Assembly: GCA_013335095.1 (NCBI GenBank)
Contig: JAAXWF010000003.1
Location: 5,960 to 69,959 of the forward strand
Direction of reading: 5' to 3'
Origin: a candidate division WWE3 bacterium
GTDB lineage: Bacteria; Patescibacteriota; 4484-211; GCA-002791395
Length of the DNA stretch: 64,000 bases
Below the pieces are notes generated by a model, which worked only from the letters and a program-made list of their open reading frames with translations, was not told where the DNA came from and did no database searches. The position numbers and the translations under genes are program-made. Numbering within the stretch: position 1 is the first letter of the stretch; each line of letters opens with the position of its first letter. Below are positions 8,785 to 18,298 of this stretch, piece by piece.

Positions 8785-10225
8785 TCTCTGAAGAAATCAG
8801 TGTAATCGGTACCCCTATCCCAGGATGAGTGTATTGACCGGTATAAAATAGATTTCCAACCTTATGACTTTGATGATGTGGACGAAAAACTGCCGTCTGA
8901 AACATCGTATGGCTGATTCCCAGTGCAGTACCTTTAAATGCGTTGTAATAGCTTATATAGTCGTTATGAGCAAACGATTGTTCTACTACAATGGCATCTC
9001 TAATGGTTGTTTGGAGTTTTTGCTCTAGATGGTCCAATATTTGTTTACGAAATGATTGACGGATCTCTGGTGTATCGGTAAGTCCCGATGCTACAGGAAC
9101 TAAGATAAATACGTTTTCACCATCTGCAGGGGCTACTGACGGATCGGTTTTAGATGGAACCGATACGTAGTATGAAGGCGAGGTAGGCCAGCTCGGATTT
9201 TCAAAGATTGCGTCAAAGTGTTTAATCCAATCCCGATCTATAAAAATATTATGATGTTCAAGACCAGGTATCTTTTTGTTTAGGCCCAAATAGAGTATGA
9301 ATGCTGATGGTGCCACCGTCCTTTTTTGCCAGTATGATTCGGGGTATGTCTGGTATTCTGGTGGAAGAAGTTTCGTTTCGGCATGATGATAATCTGCGTT
9401 CATCACGATAATATCTCCGTGGTACTCATTATTTTTCGTTTTCACACCCACAGCATTTTTATCTTTAATTATTATTGATGTTACTGGTTCATTGAGGATA
9501 AATTTTGTTCCGAATGATTCAGCTAAATTTTGGATACCTTTTACAACCGCCCCATAACCACCCATGGGATAATATACTCCTTGAGTAAAATCTACATGTG
9601 AAATTAATGAATACAAAGCAGGAGTGTTCTTTGGTGCTCCGCCAAGAAAGACAATACTATATTGCAATAGTTGTCGTAGTTTCTCATTTTCAATAAATCG
9701 TTTTGTGAATCGATCCAAATTTTCAAATAACCGTAGTTTTGTACCTTCAAGTATGAGGCGCTTGTCAAAAAGATCACTAAGGTAACGATAGTCTCGGTAC
9801 AAAAAAGTATTAAGGGCAACATTATATTTATACTCAGCATCGGCTAGATATTTTTTTAATTTAATATCGCCGTCTTTCTCATATTTTTTAAATATTTCCA
9901 AGTTTTTTCCGATATCCGGACTTACATCGATACTATCGTCATCACCAAAAAATGCCCGATATGATGGATCTAGTTTTACGAGCTTGTAGAAGTCGGTGGG
10001 CTTTTTATTAAAACGCGAGAAAAAATGTTCAAAGACTTCAGGCATAAGATACCAAGATGGTCCCATATCAAATGAGTAACCATCTATTTTAAGGATACCT
10101 GCCCTACCTCCAACCTGGTCGTTTTTTTCGATAACAGTGACGTCAAAGCCGTCTCGACTGAGCGACGCAGCTGCTGATAATCCACCGAATCCTGCACCGA
10201 CGATAATTACTTTTTTCTGTTTCAT
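8750..10225 (-). CDS. crtI: phytoene desaturase (FAD-dependent)
   Basis: N-terminal Rossmann motif VIIVGAGFGGLSAAASL...EKNDQVGGRAG. 491 aa. C-terminal region is CrtI-like. Confidence 0.8.
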   Translation of the reverse strand: MKQKKVIIVGAGFGGLSAAASLSRDGFDVTVIEKNDQVGGRAGILKIDGYSFDMGPSWYLMPEVFEHFFSRFNKKPTDFYKLVKLDPSYRAFFGDDDSIDVSPDIGKNLEIFKKYEKDGDIKLKKYLADAEYKYNVALNTFLYRDYRYLSDLFDKRLILEGTKLRLFENLDRFTKRFIENEKLRQLLQYSIVFLGGAPKNTPALYSLISHVDFTQGVYYPMGGYGAVVKGIQNLAESFGTKFILNEPVTSIIIKDKNAVGVKTKNNEYHGDIIVMNADYHHAETKLLPPEYQTYPESYWQKRTVAPSAFILYLGLNKKIPGLEHHNIFIDRDWIKHFDAIFENPSWPTSPSYYVSVPSKTDPSVAPADGENVFILVPVASGLTDTPEIRQSFRKQILDHLEQKLQTTIRDAIVVEQSFAHNDYISYYNAFKGTALGISHTMFQTAVFRPHHQSHKVGNLFYTGQYTHPGIGVPITLISSEIVSDQIAQKYD

Positions 10226-10240
10226 GTGTGACGTTCCTAC

Positions 10241-10984
10241 ATGATATTATATGTGTGCGTGACTAGAAAGCCTATTTTAAAGAAAAGCTTGAATCATATA
10301 ACGCCCTCTCGCATCGCGTTAAATAGAAAGATAATCCTCTTTGGAAAAATTATAAAACGATTTATATGGCCTTCCTTCAATGAATTGCAGGTTTATGTTG
10401 TTTTTTGCATGTGCTTTTTTAACGTAGTAGCTCATTGGGATTTTTGGTGGTCGTTTTATTGGTATTCAGATATCCAGTTACTCATAGGTGGACCGATACT
10501 CTTGGGCATATTTTCTTGGTATCTATTTAAAAATATAATTTCTCAGGAAAAAACACCGCCCAACGAAAGGAAATGGCTGATTTCGTTTTTCTATATCGCC
10601 ATGGCGGTTATTTCTGTTGATAGCTTGTCGTCATACGATTTCGTATCTACCCGAATTATGTTGATCGATTACATAAACTTTTGGTTAATTTATCTATCAA
10701 TCGGATCTTCGGTAATTAGACTAATACTTACGATTAGTTTATTTGATAAACAATATATTGAGGCCCTTTATGACCGAATGAACGATACTCAATTTTCTCC
10801 AATGTACTTCATTTTTGCGACATCGCTGTGCGGGTTTATCTATTTATTACTGGCTAATCATTATAATCAGTCAACTATTATTGTCTTGGGCTATTATTAC
10901 GTGAGCCAGATATTAAGCGTTGGGCATACGATACAAACAAAGTGGTTGGTTCAGAATAAACAAGAAACTTCGGTATTAAAATAG
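10241..10984 (+). CDS. hypothetical integral membrane protein (start uncertain, possibly ATG at 10409)
   Basis: Several hydrophobic helices. The listed ORF's 5' end overlaps the crtI promoter region. The in-frame ATG at 10409 is a plausible alternative start. No recognisable family. Confidence 0.35.
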   Translation: MILYVCVTRKPILKKSLNHITPSRIALNRKIILFGKIIKRFIWPSFNELQVYVVFCMCFFNVVAHWDFWWSFYWYSDIQLLIGGPILLGIFSWYLFKNIISQEKTPPNERKWLISFFYIAMAVISVDSLSSYDFVSTRIMLIDYINFWLIYLSIGSSVIRLILTISLFDKQYIEALYDRMNDTQFSPMYFIFATSLCGFIYLLLANHYNQSTIIVLGYYYVSQILSVGHTIQTKWLVQNKQETSVLK

Positions 10985-11114
10985 TTGTACGATTCTCGTA
11001 TGTTATTTTCCGCTTAGCGTTGCATAAAATTATTTAACCCTCGTTTAACAATAATTCGTTGGACCAAGAATCAATATGTTTAGAGAAATTGCACTAAATA
11101 AGTAGTAAAAATAA

Positions 11115-11205
11115 TGGCGGAGGAGATGGGATTCGAACCCATGGGCGGTTTTTAGACCGCCACGGTTTAGCAAACCGCTGCCTTGGACCACTCGGCCACT
11201 CCTCC
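11115..11205 (-). tRNA. tRNA-Ser (anticodon GCU), CCA encoded
   Basis: The reverse complement folds as a class II tRNA. It has a 7-bp acceptor stem (GGAGGAG), anticodon stem GCGGT/ACCGT with loop TTGCTAA, a long variable arm, T-loop GGTTCGAATCC and a 3' GCCA. Confidence 0.85.
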
Positions 11206-11291
11206 CTGCATTCATATTTTAGCATACCCTATGAATGATTCTATTTATGTATTTATTGCACATATCTATATAACCTGGTAAACTTTGGAAT

Positions 11292-12020
11292 TTGTGTACC
11301 ATGAAGCCCAGACTAATCGTATTTTCATTATCAAGCTTGGCTGAAAAGCAAGTCAATCCGTATATCTCGGTATCAGCATCCCTTGGCTGTGCATCTGAGT
11401 TCGCATACCTCTTTTCTGATTATCAGAAGGGGAATATATCGTATGGGGATCTATTAAATCGTGAATCGAACTTGTTATATTACAAATATCACGAACAGTT
11501 TGGGCATTATCCTCAAAAAGGAGATCTGGAAATGTTTCTGCCTGAAGTTACTCTAAGCTCGCAATGGCAAACTGCACTCTCTAATATTAACTTACCACAC
11601 ATTACCTTTGCAGTGATTAGTTCGGGGATTTACAAATCCATCCATCTTGATTCATTTGATGGTCTTATTCATCCGTTCAATCGATTTTTGTATAGCGAAG
11701 ACGGCGAGTTCGCCAAAATCGTTGCGACTGTGTCTGGTGATAAGATTGAGGCATTCAATCGAATTGTCGAGAAAACTCATAACCAGATTATTGATACTCT
11801 TTTGGTGGTAAATGACAACAACGATTCTGCTCTCTGTCGCTACGTGCTTGAACTAGGGGGATCAGTGTGCTTTATTGCCCACAAAAATCAAGCCATTGAC
11901 GTTCCCCGGTACGAAAAAATGCACTGGATTGATACTCTTGATAGTTTTGTTGATTTTGTTAAGTCTTCAGAACCTGTTCCGTATCGACGTGTTCCTCGGT
12001 ATCAATTACTTGCTGCCTAA
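11292..12020 (+). CDS. hypothetical protein
   Basis: 242-aa ORF in host-typical composition. No recognisable motifs. Confidence 0.4.
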   Translation: MCTMKPRLIVFSLSSLAEKQVNPYISVSASLGCASEFAYLFSDYQKGNISYGDLLNRESNLLYYKYHEQFGHYPQKGDLEMFLPEVTLSSQWQTALSNINLPHITFAVISSGIYKSIHLDSFDGLIHPFNRFLYSEDGEFAKIVATVSGDKIEAFNRIVEKTHNQIIDTLLVVNDNNDSALCRYVLELGGSVCFIAHKNQAIDVPRYEKMHWIDTLDSFVDFVKSSEPVPYRRVPRYQLLAA

Positions 12021-12076
12021 AGGCAGCGTACATGTTATTTATTGAACATTAAATAGATCGTTGATATAGTTTATCT

Positions 12077-12538
12077 ATGCTAATCTCTGAGATCTACCAT
12101 CCCTATCCGAAAACCATGAGTGGCGATGCCCATATTAGTGACGCTATTGCCGAGCTTATGAAGGATGAAGTAAATGCATTAGTGATACTAAATGACAATG
12201 GTAAGGTCATTGGTGTTTTGTCACTGCAAGATATTGCTGCTGCTACCGTACCTCGACAATTTAGGGAGAATATTCGCATGGCTGCTGCTATGTACAAACC
12301 GGGTTTCTTTACTGAGATGTGCAATCAGCTGAAAGATGTCAAAATCTCTAAGGTAATGCGGCATGAATATATTTCGGTTGGATTTAACGATAATATTATG
12401 GCTGTGACGGCCGATTTTCTAAAGAATGATCTGTATATTGTTCCGGTTATTGAAAATGGAAAACTTATGGGTGTAATTACTCGAACTGAAATTAAGAAGG
12501 CGTTATACGATTCAATGATGAACGGTGATAACGCGTAG
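12077..12538 (+). CDS. CBS-domain pair protein
   Basis: Two CBS-like repeats (NALVILNDNGKVIGVLSLQDI; LYIVPVIENGKLMGVITRTEI). Confidence 0.6.
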   Translation: MLISEIYHPYPKTMSGDAHISDAIAELMKDEVNALVILNDNGKVIGVLSLQDIAAATVPRQFRENIRMAAAMYKPGFFTEMCNQLKDVKISKVMRHEYISVGFNDNIMAVTADFLKNDLYIVPVIENGKLMGVITRTEIKKALYDSMMNGDNA

Positions 12539-12556
12539 AACTTAAGTCGTACAAAT

Positions 12557-13900
12557 ATGATGCTGCCCGAATTTATATTGAACTTGTCGATACCATCAGT
12601 AATAGCTATTTGTGTACTGCTTGTTGTCTATTTTTTTCTGATTACTGAAAAGCTACCAAAAGCATTGGTCGCTGTTCTTGGGGGGATCGCCCTGATAGTG
12701 ATGCAAGTATTTAGTTCCGAAGAAGCATCATCTCAAGAAAATGCATTTCATTTTATTAGTCATAACCTTGATATTTTAGGCTTTGTGATTGGAATGATGA
12801 TTTTAGTCGGTATTGTACGGGAATCGGGTGTGTTTGAAGCAGCAGCTATATGGCTGGTGAAAACAGTTAAAGGTAAGCCCAGAGCTTTATTAATTGCTTT
12901 AGGTTATTTGACCTTAGGTATGACAGCACTCTTTTCGAACATACCAACCATTTTGATTCTGGCACCGGTTGTACTCGTACTCATCAGACAATTGAAACTT
13001 CCAGCTCTGCCATACTTATTTATGATCGTTACTATGGCAAACATCGGGGGAGCTATGACCCCGATCTCAGATCCAACGACGTATTACCAGGCAAAAACAG
13101 TTGGTCTCTCATTTACTGAAGTCGTTACCAACTCTGGACTTATCGTTATGGTACTAAGTGTTGTAAGCACCTTATACATCTTGTTTATCTTCCGTAACGA
13201 ATTTAAGCCGGCAGATAATGCGGAAACTGATATTGCACAATTTAACCCGCTAAAAGCACTGCAAAATCGTTATGTGCTTAAAGTAGGTATCCCTATCGCC
13301 ATTAGCACAATTATTTTGATGGTTCTTAAGGAGAATATCGCCAAGTTTACAGGTGTAATGCTTGATAACGCAACTCTTACGATGGGTGCATCATTTTTGT
13401 GTATTTTACTTTTCCATAAAGAACCTCATAAAGTATTTCGTAACTTAATCGACTGGGAAATAATATTCTTTTTCATTGGACTTTTTGTGGTGGTTGGGGC
13501 ACTTGAGTTTACTCATGTGATTACGCTTTTAGCTAACGGATTAGTTACCTTAACACAAGGAAGCATGACCTATTTGCTTTTGCTTATTTCGATGGGGTCG
13601 GGGATTTTATCTACATTCATTGATAATGTTCCGTATAACATAACCATGGTAAGCGCTATTCAGGAAATGGAGAGGACTGGAATTGCTGTTTATCCGTTGT
13701 GGTGGGCGCTTAACCTAGGCACTTCGATTGGTGGTGCTGGTTCTCCAATCGCAGCTGCATGTAACGTAATTGTTTTCGGCCAAGCTGAGAAGGAAAAGAT
13801 CCACATCAACTTTATGAAATATTTGTTGTTAGCAGCTCCGTTAACGATCATAAACTCTTTAATTACGTTTGGAATTCTGTGGTTGAGGTATCTACAATAA
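12557..13900 (+). CDS. ArsB/NhaD (CitMHS)-type anion/ion permease
   Basis: About 12 TM helices. Motifs GGAMTPISDPTTYY and IDNVPYNITMVSAI resemble the ArsB/NhaD permease superfamily. Immediately downstream of the CBS protein. Confidence 0.5.
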   Translation: MMLPEFILNLSIPSVIAICVLLVVYFFLITEKLPKALVAVLGGIALIVMQVFSSEEASSQENAFHFISHNLDILGFVIGMMILVGIVRESGVFEAAAIWLVKTVKGKPRALLIALGYLTLGMTALFSNIPTILILAPVVLVLIRQLKLPALPYLFMIVTMANIGGAMTPISDPTTYYQAKTVGLSFTEVVTNSGLIVMVLSVVSTLYILFIFRNEFKPADNAETDIAQFNPLKALQNRYVLKVGIPIAISTIILMVLKENIAKFTGVMLDNATLTMGASFLCILLFHKEPHKVFRNLIDWEIIFFFIGLFVVVGALEFTHVITLLANGLVTLTQGSMTYLLLLISMGSGILSTFIDNVPYNITMVSAIQEMERTGIAVYPLWWALNLGTSIGGAGSPIAAACNVIVFGQAEKEKIHINFMKYLLLAAPLTIINSLITFGILWLRYLQ

Positions 13901-13974
13901 TTCTCTGTTGAAATTTCCATTTAAATGTATCGTGTTTTGGTGGTATATATATAAGAATTGAAATATTATTTATT

Positions 13975-13996
13975 TGGCGGAGGAGGTGGGATTCGA
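13975..13996 (-). repeat. 22-nt partial copy of a tRNA-Ser 3' end (CCA, acceptor 3' strand and T-arm half); not a functional tRNA
   Basis: tggcggaggaggtgggattcga is identical to 14087-14108, the 3' end of tRNA-Ser(UGA). The flanking sequence does not form a cloverleaf. Confidence 0.7.
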
Positions 13997-14086
13997 GTTC
14001 CGGGGATGCCCTACTCGGCATCCCGTTCAAATCTAAACTAGATCCTTAAGACAATGAAACCAGGCCAATTGAGAATGTACATTTAA

Positions 14087-14176
14087 TGGCGGAGGAGGTG
14101 GGATTCGAACCCACGATGACGTTGCCGCCATAACGGTTTTCAAGACCGTCGCACTCGACCACTATGCGACTCCTCC
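14087..14176 (-). tRNA. tRNA-Ser (anticodon UGA), CCA encoded
   Basis: Reverse complement GGAGGAGTCGCATAGTGGTCGAG...GACGGTCTTGAAAACCGTT... with anticodon loop CTTGAAA, a long variable arm, T-loop GGTTCGAATCC and a 3' GCCA. Confidence 0.85.
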
Positions 14177-14250
14177 GTAGATATATGAAGCAGATCTAAC
14201 TCAGAAACTATGTGTATTGTAGCATACAGTAGCCTTTAAAGAAGCCTTTT

Positions 14251-15603
14251 CTAAAGCTTTTTAATTGTTTCAATATAGGCATTTACGTCAAATTTACGTT
14301 TTGCGCCGTTATCGTTCATATATCGTATGTTGCCAAAAATCGGTCGTTTATTCCAGGGCCGGTCATGGACCCCACCCATGGACCATGCGATTCCGGCATA
14401 CCCGTTTGGATCTCGTCCATCGAGTTCGTATTTATCATTTAGATATATCGCATACTCCACGGCTTCCTGAGCATTTATCGTCCATTCAAGAATCTTTTTA
14501 CCCCAATACATTCTCATGTATCCATGCATCTTTCCGGTCATGGTCATTTCTTTTTGTGCCGCATTCCACAACTGGTCATGCGTGTTGGCAGACTCCAAGT
14601 CATCAATCGTATACAAATATGGACGTTTATCGGACTCATGCTCTTGCAGCGTTTGTTTTGCCCAATCCGGAAAACCATCGGTAGAATCGTAGTTTGAATT
14701 ATAAAAACAAAAGTTATCACTCAATTCTTTTCGAACGATCAGCTCTTCTAAATACCCTTCTTGAAGGGAGGGCTCTACATTTGACCGTTTTACTTCATTG
14801 GCTATCTCTTGGCTTGAGATATGTCCAAAATGTAGGTACGGAGCAATATTCGACTGACCTTTTCGTGACGGATCATTTCTATCTGCGTCATAATTGGCTA
14901 ATTTCTGTTTAATAAACTCACGAAGTGCATTTCGAGCTGCTTTTTCACCGGGATCAACTCCCTTTACAGTTGTAACCGACCGGTCTATTGTATGCCGTGT
15001 GAGGATATCCTCATACTCAAATGTGTTAGTTGTTGGGGCAATGTTAAAGGGGTGTCGTATAACATCGGGATATTGCGTTAAGAACTCGGGGAGAAGCTTT
15101 TTTATCTTCGGACGAATTGTATAGGCGCCATATTCTTGTTTTGAAGATGTTACCCAAACAGGAACGATATTATGTGCATCAACCTCGACCATGGGGATAT
15201 TTATACTTTGCGCAATATCATTACGCCAACCTCTACCTATTTTCAGCGGCGAAAAGTCGGTAACTAATACACCAGCCGTATTTTTTGTTACATAATGCGT
15301 GACCGTATCGATCGGATTACCGAATAGTAATGTCGCAGAGATGTTTAGTTTTTGGAGTTCGTTAAACGTTTCTTGAATACCATGAAGCATAAAGTCAATA
15401 TTTCGTAAATTTGCATACTGAAATTTAGTATCAAAACTAAAAATTACTGAAAGTGAAGATTTACGGGCAAGGGCCAATTCTTGGGCATATATGAGCGCCC
15501 AATTGTTATGAACGCGTTGATCGCGACTCATCCAATAAATAATAGAACCTTGTTGGTGAATTTGATTTTTATTTAATTGATGGACTCGACGCAGATCAAC
15601 CAT
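14251..15603 (-). CDS. phr: deoxyribodipyrimidine photolyase, class II
   Basis: C-terminal FAD-binding signature TGKMHGYMRMYWGKKILEW, typical of class II CPD photolyases. 450 aa. Confidence 0.8.
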   Translation of the reverse strand: MVDLRRVHQLNKNQIHQQGSIIYWMSRDQRVHNNWALIYAQELALARKSSLSVIFSFDTKFQYANLRNIDFMLHGIQETFNELQKLNISATLLFGNPIDTVTHYVTKNTAGVLVTDFSPLKIGRGWRNDIAQSINIPMVEVDAHNIVPVWVTSSKQEYGAYTIRPKIKKLLPEFLTQYPDVIRHPFNIAPTTNTFEYEDILTRHTIDRSVTTVKGVDPGEKAARNALREFIKQKLANYDADRNDPSRKGQSNIAPYLHFGHISSQEIANEVKRSNVEPSLQEGYLEELIVRKELSDNFCFYNSNYDSTDGFPDWAKQTLQEHESDKRPYLYTIDDLESANTHDQLWNAAQKEMTMTGKMHGYMRMYWGKKILEWTINAQEAVEYAIYLNDKYELDGRDPNGYAGIAWSMGGVHDRPWNKRPIFGNIRYMNDNGAKRKFDVNAYIETIKKL

Positions 15604-15615
15604 GTTGTCTGTATT

Positions 15616-16854
15616 TTATACCGGCAGCTCATCCATTTTGGTTGAATCTTTTTGCAGGAACTTGAATCCATTTACCCAGAAGTACTCTAAACTGTACTTA
15701 AAGTTATATCTTTTCCAAATTGTTAGGATCATTGACCAGACGACTATATTAATAAACCCAAACAATAAACAACCATTAATTGTTTGGGTCCAGTCGGGAT
15801 TTAGTTGTAGTAATGGGATTCGGATCAGTTCTGATACGGTTGTTTCAAGCATATAAATAGTTAAGCTTATCCGGCTAAATTGGGTTAGTAATGATAGTCT
15901 ATTCGTGAGCCATTCCATTGGTTCAAGCACCAAATACGTGACCGATACGAGTATTAGGAATATACCCAGTTCACCGTTCGTTTTGAAATACCAAAAATAA
16001 TCAGGGGTTGATATCGTTTTTTCAAAGTTCATCATCCCTGCTACTCCGTATATAAGAAAAATAACTCCCAAGGGAATGATTACTTTTTTAAGCAATCCTT
16101 TATGTCCGTTATAGATCATTAATCCTATTAGCGCACCAAAGAATCCATACGATACATAGGGGAGGAGTGGGTAGGGATTTGCGAGTGTGAATCCTAGGAT
16201 TGTTGCCGTTATAAAATTGTGGTGTTCTATTGTTGTGGGTAATAAGTGGTACAAGGGTACCCGAACGAACGACAGTACCATAATAACGATGCCGGCTACT
16301 GCGAAGACCATGTATTGTTGGGCCGATGATAGAGCCTTCTTATTTTTGTTCATGAAATATAGGATGAGCGAAACGATAAATAAGTTGAGAGCGATAGTCG
16401 AAATTGAAGATCCATCAAAATATTTAGAAATCTCTGGAGTCGAGAAATGCAACGTTCGTAATACTCGGGCGATGATTGTTAAGTCGGGTTGGTTGTTAAC
16501 AAAATCATTGTTCCATCGACCCAAGACGATATTTAGAATGTAATGGAGGATTAAATAAACCCCTAAAGTAATCGATGCTGTTTTAATACTGAATGATGGG
16601 GATTTATCCTGAATTCGGTTCACCGTTAAGAGTGAGTTAATAACCGCTGAGTAAACAATGAATATGCCTCCCCATAGAGCCATAAAGCTCATAATTACGA
16701 CAATGATGGGCGGGTTACTAAAATCAATTTTATGTATGTTCGCAAAGTTATAAATCGATGAGTGAAAAAGGATGATCAATATGAGGGCAAATCCCCTTAA
16801 TACATCTAGTGATTTGATACGGTGTTGTGTGTGAATATTAGTTTCCTGCATCAA
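15616..16854 (-). CDS. DUF418/DUF1624-like polytopic membrane protein (acyltransferase-3 superfamily-like)
   Basis: N-terminal LDVLRGFALILIILFHS motif and about 10 TM helices. Confidence 0.45.
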   Translation of the reverse strand: MMQETNIHTQHRIKSLDVLRGFALILIILFHSSIYNFANIHKIDFSNPPIIVVIMSFMALWGGIFIVYSAVINSLLTVNRIQDKSPSFSIKTASITLGVYLILHYILNIVLGRWNNDFVNNQPDLTIIARVLRTLHFSTPEISKYFDGSSISTIALNLFIVSLILYFMNKNKKALSSAQQYMVFAVAGIVIMVLSFVRVPLYHLLPTTIEHHNFITATILGFTLANPYPLLPYVSYGFFGALIGLMIYNGHKGLLKKVIIPLGVIFLIYGVAGMMNFEKTISTPDYFWYFKTNGELGIFLILVSVTYLVLEPMEWLTNRLSLLTQFSRISLTIYMLETTVSELIRIPLLQLNPDWTQTINGCLLFGFINIVVWSMILTIWKRYNFKYSLEYFWVNGFKFLQKDSTKMDELPV

Positions 16855-18208
16855 ATTCTCTTTTTATACGTATCAATTTCTGTGAGCGTGTATTTACTTC
16901 TGGCTTTTCAAATGCGATATCAACGTGGGGTTGCTGGCATTTATACTCAGTAAATACATTCATTATCGCATTTTTTAACTTCTGTTGGTCAAATGAAGTC
17001 GGCGCGATTCTCGATCGTAATTGAATTCTAACATAAATTTCGGTAGGACTCTTTTGAATCGCCTGGTATTCTTCGATGTCCTCAGAAGAAGATATTATCG
17101 CTCGACTAATATAATCGGGAAAAATAAACTGCCAAGATTCTGATCCAATCGTATGACCCCAAAACATGTCATCTGATCTTCCTTGAATGCGCTCAATAAC
17201 TCGAAATGATGATCCGCAGGTGCAAGGTGTCTTGCAAATGGTAATAATGTCATTTAATTCATATCTGATGATCGGCTGGGATCGTTTGTGTAGATCTGTT
17301 ACGAGCAATTTGTGACAAGGTTGTCCGAGTGGTGTCGGTGACCCATCTTGATTGAGTGTTTCGACAAGAACTAAATCTTCATTAATGTGTAAGTTGTCAT
17401 GTTTACATGAAATCGCAATAGCTCCTTCGGTGCATTTATAGATTTCATTAACTGAACAATTAAATATCTTAGTAAGGTACTCACGTACATCTTGATACAA
17501 CACTTCAGCATATGAGACGAGTTTAAGTGGCTTGATCTTAAGTCTATTTTGCTCCTGCTCCTGCGCTAGAAGTTTGAGCATCGACGGTGGGGCAGAGACC
17601 AGGTTGGGTTTAAGATCGTTTAATTGACGAACAATATCCTGCATTGGTTGAAGCTGAGTAATATAGGTAAGTTTGTGACCAAACATATTTAAGTTGAATG
17701 CAGGTGTGCTTACTCTAAGGATAAATGCTAAATTGATCTTCTGGTTTTTAGGAAAATTGAATCGGGCGAAAAACGCTGCTTTTAAGTAGGATTCTTCGCT
17801 ATGTGTTAATATTTCTACTCCTTTATTTCCACTTGTACCTGATGACATCCCAATATTTATATTGTTCAACCGTCGTGAATAGTCCCGTGTTTTTTCAATA
17901 TCAAGACAAAAGTTGATTATTTCATCTTTTGTTAATCCAAGAGTATTGTACTCAGTTAAGTTGTCCATCATGATTTTTTTATTCACTGTGGGAAGATGCG
18001 CGAAGTCGTTTTTATTATAGTTTGCGTAATGCTTTTTAAAAAATGATGAGTGTGCCGAAGCGTATTCAACTATCTTCTGGGTTTTTCTCTTCTGGTAAAA
18101 TTGTATATCTTTGGTTTTCCAACTATAGAAACGATATCGGCATAATAAATAAAAGAGTCCAAAATATTTCGTTTCAAAATCATCAAATACCCGCTCAATA
18201 AGTGCCAT
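16838..18208 (-). CDS. CapK / phenylacetate-CoA-ligase-like adenylate-forming enzyme
   Basis: Adenylation P-loop MSSGTSGNKG, 456 aa, F390-synthetase/PaaK-like architecture. Overlaps the downstream membrane-protein gene. Confidence 0.55.
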   Translation of the reverse strand: MALIERVFDDFETKYFGLFYLLCRYRFYSWKTKDIQFYQKRKTQKIVEYASAHSSFFKKHYANYNKNDFAHLPTVNKKIMMDNLTEYNTLGLTKDEIINFCLDIEKTRDYSRRLNNINIGMSSGTSGNKGVEILTHSEESYLKAAFFARFNFPKNQKINLAFILRVSTPAFNLNMFGHKLTYITQLQPMQDIVRQLNDLKPNLVSAPPSMLKLLAQEQEQNRLKIKPLKLVSYAEVLYQDVREYLTKIFNCSVNEIYKCTEGAIAISCKHDNLHINEDLVLVETLNQDGSPTPLGQPCHKLLVTDLHKRSQPIIRYELNDIITICKTPCTCGSSFRVIERIQGRSDDMFWGHTIGSESWQFIFPDYISRAIISSSEDIEEYQAIQKSPTEIYVRIQLRSRIAPTSFDQQKLKNAIMNVFTEYKCQQPHVDIAFEKPEVNTRSQKLIRIKREFDAGN

Positions 18209-18298
18209 TATTTACATTGTACTATTTCTTGCGTTTTAAGTTGTGATGCAAATAGGCTTGATGATTTTGGGGACGGCTTTTTCAGTTTTTTGAGTAAC

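Noticed and set aside
9604-9840. Small ORFs nested inside crtI, rpoB, rpoC, ftsK and dnaK (for example 9604-9840, 29134-29559, 32877-33110, 46044-46554)
   Set aside because: All are out of frame or antisense within well-supported long conserved genes. In this AT-rich part of the window, low-complexity Leu/Ile/Phe-rich translations are expected by chance.
13975-14060. Possible fourth tRNA gene upstream of tRNA-Ser(UGA)
   Set aside because: Only the 3'-terminal 22 nt match a tRNA. The remaining sequence cannot form D or anticodon arms or an acceptor stem, so it is treated as a partial duplicate, not a gene.
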